From positions 549,136 through 613,135 of the forward strand of contig JANWJF010000001.1 of assembly GCA_025449535.1 (NCBI GenBank): a stretch of DNA of 64,000 bases, in the 5' to 3' direction. This document shows positions 56,113 to 63,155 of the stretch, piece by piece. The position numbers and the translations under genes were made by a program. Position 1 is the first letter of the stretch. Every line of letters begins with the position of its first letter. Source of the DNA: Candidatus Saccharimonadia bacterium. Its GTDB lineage: Bacteria; Patescibacteriota; SICC01. The notes beneath the pieces were generated by a model. That model had not been told where the DNA came from and did not search any database. It saw only the letters and a list, made by a program, of their open reading frames with translations.

Positions 56113-57219
56113 ATGGTGACCCGTCGGAAAATCGTATCAACATTCTTTCTGCTCGCCGTCATCGGCGGCGGGCTGCTCTACGCCGACTACCAGTCGAAGG
56201 CGATGGAGCGGCGCGACGCAGAGCGCCGCGCCGCGGTCACCGCACTCAAGCGGACGCTGGATTCCCGGAGCACGCTTCCGGCCAGGGACGGTACGCTCAA
56301 GGCGAGGGCCACCGGAGGGCTCGCCGAGCTCGGTACGGCGCCGAAGCGGCCGGAGGATACGACGATCAACTACGCTGTCTCGTTGGACGCACGGACGTAC
56401 TTCGTCTGCACGGCGCTGGAGCGCGGCGGCGCGCTCTACGCCACCCGGCAGGGTACGTTCGACGGTCCGACGGAGAGCTGCCGCCCGGACGCCGATCCCG
56501 TCGCCGTGGGCTACGTTCTGGACGCGAAGCTGACCTCCGCGGGCGCCCGGGCGTTCCTGCGCGCGGACCCGGCGTTCGTCAGCAAGGGATTCATCCAGGA
56601 GAAATGCGCGGCTACCGCTGATGACGGGCAGCTGCAGGGCTGCTTCACCGGCGACCGGATCTACCTGATCGACCTGCCGGACGAAACGATCCGTCCGGAG
56701 GTCTCGGTCACCGCGGCGCACGAGACGCTGCATGCGGCCTGGGAAGGGTTGGCGTCGGAAGAACGCGAGCACCTGACCCGATTGCTCGAGAATCTTGCCC
56801 GGAAGCGCCCCGACCTGCAACGCGAGGCGGATTCGTACGATGAGGAAAGCCGGATCAACGAGCTGCATTCGATCGCAGGGACCGAGATCAAGGACGTCGG
56901 CAAGGAACTCGAGCGGCATTACGCGGAGTTCTTAAGCGACCGCGGGCTGATCGTGAAGCGGCACCTGGACTATGAGAAGGTCATTGACGGCCTGGAGGCG
57001 GAGATCGAGCGGCTCAAGGATGAGCTCACGGCGCTCGAGGCGCGCGGCCAGGCGCTCCTGGATAGCGGCGACATCGACGCGTACAACGCGTTCGTGGCGG
57101 AGTACAACTCCCGCGCGCCGGGAATGGTCGCGGAGATCAACGCCAAGGTCGACCGTTTCAACCGGCTCACGGAACACACCCGCCCGGACGGCCGGGTGGC
57201 CCCCGCCTCCGCGCGGTGA
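56113..57219 (+). CDS. membrane-anchored hypothetical protein with HExxH motif and C-terminal coiled-coil
   Basis: The ATG lies 2 nt after the tRNA-Pro 3' end. N-terminal TM helix, AHETLH motif, and a C-terminal coiled-coil (IERLKDELTALEARGQALL). Confidence 0.55.
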   Translation: MVTRRKIVSTFFLLAVIGGGLLYADYQSKAMERRDAERRAAVTALKRTLDSRSTLPARDGTLKARATGGLAELGTAPKRPEDTTINYAVSLDARTYFVCTALERGGALYATRQGTFDGPTESCRPDADPVAVGYVLDAKLTSAGARAFLRADPAFVSKGFIQEKCAATADDGQLQGCFTGDRIYLIDLPDETIRPEVSVTAAHETLHAAWEGLASEEREHLTRLLENLARKRPDLQREADSYDEESRINELHSIAGTEIKDVGKELERHYAEFLSDRGLIVKRHLDYEKVIDGLEAEIERLKDELTALEARGQALLDSGDIDAYNAFVAEYNSRAPGMVAEINAKVDRFNRLTEHTRPDGRVAPASAR

Positions 57220-57246
57220 GTTAGAATAGGGACCGTTATACGCGGG

Positions 57247-57310
57247 TGTACTCTGTACATCCGCGGCGTCGTTCGGAAATGCTAGAGTAAACTCTGCGTT
57301 TCCTCACTCC
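57247..57310 (+). promoter_or_regulatory. conserved two-hairpin module upstream of tRNA-Gly(TCC)
   Basis: tgtacTCTgtaca … TCGGAAATGctagagtAAactctgCGTTTCCTCAC, as in the other three loci. Confidence 0.5.
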
Positions 57311-57312
57311 TT

Positions 57313-57384
57313 GCGGGTGTCGTATAACGGCTATTACACCAGCCTTCCAAGCTGGGAATGCGGGTTCGATTCCCGCCACCCGCT
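57313..57384 (+). tRNA. tRNA-Gly (anticodon TCC)
   Basis: Acceptor GCGGGTG/CACCCGC and anticodon stem ccagc/gctgg with loop ctTCCaa. CCA is encoded. Confidence 0.85.
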
Positions 57385-57503
57385 CCACGCATCCGACCAC
57401 GGTCCATCCCTCGTAGCCTTGACTCAGGCACGGATTCGTGCTACTATTGGTCAATTTTCCGCTCCGAAGGCACGCGGCGCGCGAAGATAAAAAACCAATA
57501 CGC

Positions 57504-57830
57504 ATGCTTGCCACCGTCTTTCAAGGAGTCTTCGACACCACCTATGACATCACGTTCCGGGACCGCCTGCCGACCTTCGGCACGGGCCGCGACAAGATCA
57601 CCAAGGGATACATCGACCCGTTGAACGATCGCATCGTGATCCGGCGGGGACTTTCCGCGGACGACCGGGCGCTCACCTTGCTCCATGAGGTCGTCCACGA
57701 CTGCTATCCGGACTGGAGCGAACGGGACGTGGAGGAATGCGCGCGATTCGTCTACGACAACCTCTCGAACTCCGACCAGGGCATCGTCCAGTTCCTGGCC
57801 ACCGATCCCCAAGAGACCAGATCACGATAA
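57504..57830 (+). CDS. small HExxH zinc-metallopeptidase-like protein (SprT/ImmA-like)
   Basis: LLHEVVHDCYPDW carries the HExxH motif. Start chosen at the internal ATG (MLATVFQG…). 109 aa. Confidence 0.45.
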   Translation: MLATVFQGVFDTTYDITFRDRLPTFGTGRDKITKGYIDPLNDRIVIRRGLSADDRALTLLHEVVHDCYPDWSERDVEECARFVYDNLSNSDQGIVQFLATDPQETRSR

Positions 57831-57836
57831 CCGTCC

Positions 57837-57858
57837 AACCGACCGCAGGCGGTTTTTT
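57837..57858 (+). terminator. Rho-independent terminator (aaccg…cggtt hairpin + TTTTTTG)
   Basis: ccgtccaaccgaccgcaggcggttttttgc lies immediately after the stop at 57830. Confidence 0.65.
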
Positions 57859-57885
57859 GCTGCACGGATATACTACGGTTGCGCC

Positions 57886-57948
57886 CCGGTACTACGTACC
57901 GGAGCTCGGCACTCGGAAATGCTAGAGTGAACTCTGCATTTCTCTCGC
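57886..57948 (+). promoter_or_regulatory. conserved two-hairpin module upstream of the tRNA at 57954
   Basis: ccggtacTACgtaccgg … TCGGAAATGctagagtGAactctgCATTTCTCTCGC. Confidence 0.5.
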
Positions 57949-57953
57949 TTCTC

Positions 57954-58025
57954 GCCCCGGTAGCTCAGCGGAAGAGCAGGAGACTTCTAAGCTCAAGGCC
58001 GTAGGTTCGAATCCTACCCGGGGCA
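57954..58025 (+). tRNA. tRNA-Arg-like (anticodon TCT) with atypical anticodon stem
   Basis: Perfect acceptor (GCCCCGG/CCGGGGC), D and T arms. The anticodon loop CTTCTAA is identical to E. coli tRNA-Arg(UCU), but the anticodon stem GGAGA/GCTCA pairs only 3 of 5. Confidence 0.6.
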
Positions 58026-58042
58026 CATGGCCCAGGACGACG

Positions 58043-58077
58043 CCGGGAACCGGACGCGGTTCCCGGTCTTCGTTTTG
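58043..58077 (+). terminator. Rho-independent terminator (ccgggaaccg-GACG-cggttcccgg + TCTTCGTTTTG)
   Basis: A 10-bp GC-rich stem is followed by a T-rich tract 18 nt after the tRNA. Confidence 0.75.
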
Positions 58078-58129
58078 TCCGGGCGATGAGCGAGGGCATA
58101 ATGGTTGTGGGCATGGCATGGTGGCTATA

Positions 58130-58194
58130 GCTCAACAGGTTAGAGCGCCGGTTTGTGGTACCGGAGGTTGTGGGTTCGAGCCCCATTAGCCACC
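58130..58194 (+). tRNA. tRNA-His (anticodon GTG) with encoded G-1
   Basis: The extra 5' G pairs with discriminator C. Anticodon stem ccggt/accgg with loop ttGTGgt. Upstream promoter TTGTCC-N17-ATAATG. Confidence 0.85.
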
Positions 58195-58212
58195 CAATCA
58201 AGCAAGTATATT

Positions 58213-58713
58213 ATGTCTACAATACTCGAAACACCAGACTTCATTGTCAAAGCCCCCGATCAGCCGCATCACTCAAGGGAGAATGGGGGTCATGTGGTTA
58301 TTACTCCAAAGCAGCGCTTTGGGCATCGCACTGAAATGTCTACCGACCTCGCCACGAAACTAATGTATCTGACCATGATTGCGGGTGAGGCCGTGACTAA
58401 AGTTATGAAAGAGGCTGGACTCAAAGTAGTGAGGATCAACTATCAGGACAATGGCAACTGGGCGTACAAAGAACCCAAGAAAGAGCCACATCTGCATGTC
58501 CACCTTTACGTTCGCACGACTGGGGAACAGCACCCCGACAATGACTCACGCTTTCAAGCGTTTCCTGATGCCCTAGTTTTTCCAGATCGAGGTACTGGAT
58601 ATTACGAGAAGTTTCAGCCCCTCACTGATGAAGATTGCCAAGCAATCAATTCGGAGATGGTATCGCTGGCAAGGAGGGAAAAGTACCGGGACTTGGAGTT
58701 AGGGATCGCGTAA
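58213..58713 (+). CDS. HIT-like nucleotide hydrolase/transferase family protein (lower-GC island)
   Basis: The histidine triad HLHVHLY sits in a ~165-aa protein directly 3' of tRNA-His. GC is markedly lower than the flanks. Confidence 0.55.
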   Translation: MSTILETPDFIVKAPDQPHHSRENGGHVVITPKQRFGHRTEMSTDLATKLMYLTMIAGEAVTKVMKEAGLKVVRINYQDNGNWAYKEPKKEPHLHVHLYVRTTGEQHPDNDSRFQAFPDALVFPDRGTGYYEKFQPLTDEDCQAINSEMVSLARREKYRDLELGIA

Positions 58714-58765
58714 TTGCAGTTCTAACGTCGTCTGTGCAGACGCCTAAAACACGTAACTGCACGCG

Positions 58766-60025
58766 ATGACACATAATATGTCCGATTCAGTAAATATTGT
58801 CGGTTCAGGAATAGTCGGGCTTATTTCAGCGTATAAAGTTCATCAAAAGTTACGCATACCGGTCAGGGTATATGATGCTGGGCCCGATCCGAGGGCCCAG
58901 AGGAACCACTTCCATTCTTTTGGTGCCAGCTACAGCGGTCTAGATGCTCGTCATATTTCGATAACGGAAACCGGCCCGTGGACGGATGCTAGTCGCGAGG
59001 AATTGATTGAGCGAAGTCCCGCCGAGGGTGGTTGGAACTGTCTGGCTTCCGTTACTAAGAATCAATACGAGGCAGCGTGGCAACAAGAATTTAAATCGAT
59101 TGCCCGAGATGCCGATCGGCACGCTACGAATTCCCAGCAAGTCTTTGCAGCCAACAAGGAAGGCTTAATGGCGTGGGCAGAACTCCATCGCCGCAAGCCA
59201 AAGTTATTTGCGCCGATTTTCGATACTAATTACTTGACGATTATTTGCACGAATGAAGCCGACTTAGTCGACGAGTACGAAGGGGAAAAGCGGTTGGACG
59301 AGGGTCGCGTCAAGAATCTTCAACACACTATGCCCGTCGGGTACGAACCTCTCGACCAAAAGTTCCGGGACGGTATCCTGCACGGCTCATTCACGGTGGC
59401 CGGTAATGCGTATAACATTCGGAAACTGTGCGTCAACGTAATCGACTATTTGGAAGAGCATGGTGTTGAGTTTCACTGGCGAAATCCTATCAGCTTAGTT
59501 GACGGCGGTGACCGTGTTACGGAGTTGCCACCCGGCGATATTGTTTGGGCAAGCGGTGTCTCGGGAGGGATGTCATCCTTCCTTGCTGACAAGAAAATAC
59601 TGCTCCAAGGTGTTCTGGGCTGCTGGGTTGATATACCAAACCAGGGATTTAGCCACCCATTCAAAATTTACGGCAAAGAACCGACGAATTTCATTAATGC
59701 CACTCCCATCGGAAACAGGTTGCTACTTTCGGGAGGATATGGATGGGTTGGTACGCGCGCCCATGCCGAGGTCACCAAACTAGCCAAACCAACGATGCAG
59801 GCTTTTCTACATGAAGTCTCAAAGTTCTTCTTTGATGGCCGGGCTCTATCGGACAAGTATCCTCTAGCGACATGCATTCGCCCTTCGTTGCCGTCTGGGG
59901 TGACCCAAATAGAGGAGATTACTTACCAGGATCGGAGAGTCGTTACATGCATCGGCCACTCCGCCGGAGGGTTCACCCAATCTGCCCATGTAGCTGACGT
60001 GGTAGTGGAAAAGTTATCAAGCTAG
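58766..60025 (+). CDS. FAD-dependent oxidoreductase (DAO/glycine-oxidase-like)
   Basis: N-terminal dinucleotide-binding VNIVGSGIVGLISAY. 419 aa. GC is low. Confidence 0.65.
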   Translation: MTHNMSDSVNIVGSGIVGLISAYKVHQKLRIPVRVYDAGPDPRAQRNHFHSFGASYSGLDARHISITETGPWTDASREELIERSPAEGGWNCLASVTKNQYEAAWQQEFKSIARDADRHATNSQQVFAANKEGLMAWAELHRRKPKLFAPIFDTNYLTIICTNEADLVDEYEGEKRLDEGRVKNLQHTMPVGYEPLDQKFRDGILHGSFTVAGNAYNIRKLCVNVIDYLEEHGVEFHWRNPISLVDGGDRVTELPPGDIVWASGVSGGMSSFLADKKILLQGVLGCWVDIPNQGFSHPFKIYGKEPTNFINATPIGNRLLLSGGYGWVGTRAHAEVTKLAKPTMQAFLHEVSKFFFDGRALSDKYPLATCIRPSLPSGVTQIEEITYQDRRVVTCIGHSAGGFTQSAHVADVVVEKLSS

Positions 60026-60110
60026 AGTGCTAGGGATAAGCATCAGGCATCAGGTTTCATGGTGAGAACTGGAGCTGCGCGAACTTTCTTCCAGAAGCCT
60101 AAAGGAAATC

Positions 60111-60659
60111 ATGAACGAGCAAGACATCCTTAATCTCATCCGCGGCAACCGTTGGATGATGGATGTGCTGCAAGCCGCGCAGCGCGCCGACCTGCCGGAT
60201 TGGGTCATCGGTGCCGGCTTCGTGCGCAACCCGGTGTGGGACCATTTGCATGGCCGCGAACCAGTGCTTGATACGGATGTAGACCTTGTCTACTTCGACC
60301 GAGGTGCCGCGGACAAGGAAGCGGAGAAAAGGCATGAAGCCAAGCTGAAGGGCGATTTTCAAGCGGATTGGTCCGTCAAGAACCAAGCCCGGATGCATCT
60401 TAAGCACGGCGACGATCCGTACGAGAACACCGAGGACGCGTTGGCGCATTGGGTAGAGACGGCAACGTGCATCGGAGTCCGCCTGGACCGGAGCGGAGAC
60501 CTCATTCTGGTCGCGCCCCACGGTATCGACGACTTGGTCAATCTGGTGGTTCGTCCCGGCCCGCTGCACTCGAAGCCGGAGCAGGTGGTCGAACGGATTC
60601 GGGAGAAGCATTGGTTGGAGCGGTGGCCGAAGCTGCGGCTGACAGGTCTGCCGGAATGA
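60111..60659 (+). CDS. Pol-beta-superfamily nucleotidyltransferase family protein
   Basis: IGAGFVRNPVWDHLHGREPVLDTDVDLVYFD fits the G[GS]…DxD nucleotidyltransferase signature. Confidence 0.6.
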   Translation: MNEQDILNLIRGNRWMMDVLQAAQRADLPDWVIGAGFVRNPVWDHLHGREPVLDTDVDLVYFDRGAADKEAEKRHEAKLKGDFQADWSVKNQARMHLKHGDDPYENTEDALAHWVETATCIGVRLDRSGDLILVAPHGIDDLVNLVVRPGPLHSKPEQVVERIREKHWLERWPKLRLTGLPE

Positions 60660-61147
60660 ACAAGTACCTCGTCGTCCACTTCCTAGACTCGCTTTCCGAA
60701 GGCGAGCGGTTCGAGTCATCCGCATGGCCACTGCATCTGACGCTTATCCCTCCATTTTCTACCAATGCGGAACGGTCTGACTTGGAACAGTTCCTGCGAA
60801 CCGTCAGTCAGAGGAGGCCGATTGATTTGAAAGTCTCTGGCAAATCCTTATTCGGCGTTCGTCAGGACATTCCGGTCATGGAAGTGGTCCTGCTTCCTGA
60901 GCTGCGAGATTTGCACGAAGCGGTGGTCAACGCCTTGGAAGAGCAGGATGTCAGGCACGGAAGCCCGGCCCATATCAGGGAAGGATTCCGGCCGCACGTC
61001 ACGATACAAAAGAGCGGGACGGCCGAGCCGGGGCAGACGGTCCGCATGGATGCCATTACCTTGGTCGGCTACCCGACCGACAGGACCCGGGAGGTCCTTA
61101 CACATTTTCCGCTCGGCTCCGGCGTAGTACCATCGAATGATGGCTGA
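60656..61147 (+). CDS. 2H phosphoesterase superfamily protein (LigT / 2'-5' RNA ligase / cyclic phosphodiesterase-like)
   Basis: Two HxT/Sx motifs (WPLHLTLIPPF and RPHVTIQK) at the expected spacing. The ATG overlaps the stop of the nucleotidyltransferase gene. Confidence 0.6.
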   Translation: MNKYLVVHFLDSLSEGERFESSAWPLHLTLIPPFSTNAERSDLEQFLRTVSQRRPIDLKVSGKSLFGVRQDIPVMEVVLLPELRDLHEAVVNALEEQDVRHGSPAHIREGFRPHVTIQKSGTAEPGQTVRMDAITLVGYPTDRTREVLTHFPLGSGVVPSNDG

Positions 61148-61231
61148 AGACCTACCCCGCAGTATGCGCTGCCGTTTTGACTGGCTGTTCAAGCGGCAGA
61201 AGAACCGCTAGTTCTGCGGTACGATTGACCC

Positions 61232-62149
61232 GTGAGCAAACAAAAACGACCGGCCATCAAGACGCAGGGCCTGACCAAGTTCTATGGCAAGACCCGTGGC
61301 ATCGAGGACCTCAGCCTGACCGTCGAGCAGGGGGAGACATTCGGGTTCCTGGGGCCGAACGGCGCCGGCAAGAGCACGACGATCAACCTCCTGATGGGCT
61401 TCCGCAAGCCGACCGACGGCAAGGCGTTGGTGCTCGGGAAGCCGGTCGGGCCGGATGCGATCGAGACGCGGCGCCGGATCGGGTTCATGCCCGGCGAGCT
61501 GTCGTTGTACGGCCAGATGAAGGCGCACGCGTTGCTGGATTACTTCGCCCGGCTGCGTGGGAACGTCGAGGATGGATACATCCACGAGCTCGCGGAACGG
61601 TTCGACCTCGACCTGAGCAAGAAGGTGAAGGACCTCTCGAAGGGCAACAAGCAGAAGGTCGCGTTGGTGTCCGCTTGGATGCACAAGCCGGACCTGCTGA
61701 TCCTCGACGAACCTACCAGCGGCTTGGACCCGATCGTCCAAGAAGAGTTCCGCGATCTGGTCAGCGAAGCGAAGCGCCGGGGCGTTACCGTGTTTCTCTC
61801 GTCCCACGTACTGTCCGAGGCCGAGCACCTCTGCGACCGGGTCGGCGTCGTCAAGGAAGGACGCCTGATCGCGGTCGAGCGGATCGCGACGCTTCACGAG
61901 CGGGGTATCCGGCACGTCGAGGTGCAGTTCGCGACCAAGCCGTGGCCGGACATGCTGAAGCGGATCGATGGGATCCATGACGTTCGCGTCGAAGGCAGGA
62001 CCATGCGGTTCACCGTCCACGGTTCGATTGACAAGGTGATCAAGCTGCTCGCGAGGCATCGGATCATCAACCTGAGCAGCGACCCGGCCAGCCTGGAGGA
62101 ATTCTTCTTCGACGAGTACGAAGAGACGGTCAAGGAGGCCGGGACATGA
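61232..62149 (+). CDS. ABC transporter ATP-binding protein
   Basis: Walker A GPNGAGKST, signature LSKGNKQKV and Walker B LLILDEPTSGLD. Confidence 0.9.
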   Translation: MSKQKRPAIKTQGLTKFYGKTRGIEDLSLTVEQGETFGFLGPNGAGKSTTINLLMGFRKPTDGKALVLGKPVGPDAIETRRRIGFMPGELSLYGQMKAHALLDYFARLRGNVEDGYIHELAERFDLDLSKKVKDLSKGNKQKVALVSAWMHKPDLLILDEPTSGLDPIVQEEFRDLVSEAKRRGVTVFLSSHVLSEAEHLCDRVGVVKEGRLIAVERIATLHERGIRHVEVQFATKPWPDMLKRIDGIHDVRVEGRTMRFTVHGSIDKVIKLLARHRIINLSSDPASLEEFFFDEYEETVKEAGT

Positions 62150-62949
62150 ACGACCTCGGCGCTATCTTCCTGCGGACGCTCAGTGACTCACGCCGGAGCA
62201 TGTTCTGGTGGTCACTCGGCATGTTCGCGTTGATTTTCTTCGTGATGGCCCTGTATCCGACGTTCAAGGAGAATGCCGGGCAACTCAATGAGCTGTACCA
62301 GTCGTCCAAGGAAATCGTCGCGCTGGTCGGCACGCAGGACATGTCCACGGGGGTCGGCTTCCTGACCCAGGAAGTATTCTCGATCATGGCGCCGTTATTC
62401 TTGATCATCTACGGTATCCAACTGGGCGCGTCGGCGATCGGACGCGAGGAGGGCCGGGGGACGCTGCCGCTGCTCCTGGCCAACCCGATCTCCCGCAGCC
62501 GGGTCGTCTACGAGAAGTACGCCGCGATGAAGGCCGCGTTGCTGGTGGTGGCGGCTGTCGTGTTCGTGACCATCGCTCCGTTGGCACCGGTATTCGAGAT
62601 GAAGGACGTCGAGCTCGCCAAGCTGGCCACTGCGTCGCTGATGACGTTCCTGATCGGGCTGGCGTTCGGGTCGATCGCGTTCCTGGTCGGCGCCGCGACG
62701 GGTAACCGGGGACTGGCCGTCGGGGCTACTAGCGCGTTGGGTCTCGGCATGTATCTGCTGTACGTAATGGAACAGCTGGTGGATTCGTTGGAACCGTATC
62801 GCTGGCTGAGTCTATTCCACTATTACGTCCCGGACAACGTCCTGACCGACTTTCCCACGTTCGGAAACGTCCTTGTGCTGATCGGCGTCAGCGTGGCCGG
62901 ATTCGGCCTTTCCTTGCTGGTATTCCCCCGGCGCGATGTCCGGGCCTGA
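62146..62949 (+). CDS. ABC-2 family transporter permease
   Basis: 267 aa with 6 TM helices, translationally coupled to the ATPase gene. Confidence 0.75.
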   Translation: MNDLGAIFLRTLSDSRRSMFWWSLGMFALIFFVMALYPTFKENAGQLNELYQSSKEIVALVGTQDMSTGVGFLTQEVFSIMAPLFLIIYGIQLGASAIGREEGRGTLPLLLANPISRSRVVYEKYAAMKAALLVVAAVVFVTIAPLAPVFEMKDVELAKLATASLMTFLIGLAFGSIAFLVGAATGNRGLAVGATSALGLGMYLLYVMEQLVDSLEPYRWLSLFHYYVPDNVLTDFPTFGNVLVLIGVSVAGFGLSLLVFPRRDVRA

Positions 62950-62971
62950 GGCTATACTGTAAGCACTCGCG

Positions 62972-63040
62972 CCCGTATGCTCGCATACGGGTCGCTCCTC
63001 GTTCGGAAATGCTAAAGTGAACTTTGCATTTCACTCACTC
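62972..63040 (+). promoter_or_regulatory. conserved two-hairpin module upstream of tRNA-Arg(TCG)
   Basis: cccgtatgCTCGcatacggg … TCGGAAATGctaaagtGAactttgCATTTCACTCAC. Confidence 0.5.
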
Positions 63041-63043
63041 GTT

Positions 63044-63117
63044 GCGCCCGTAGCTCAGCGGATTAGAGCACCTGGCTTCGGACCAGGGGGTCGGAGGTTC
63101 GAATCCTTCCGGGCGCG
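63044..63117 (+). tRNA. tRNA-Arg (anticodon TCG)
   Basis: Acceptor GCGCCCG/CGGGCGC and anticodon stem cctgg/ccagg with loop ctTCGga. The T arm is ggaggttcgaatccttc. Confidence 0.75.
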
Positions 63118-63155
63118 CAGGACATGGTCCGCGGAGAGGTACGTATACTGGGCAC

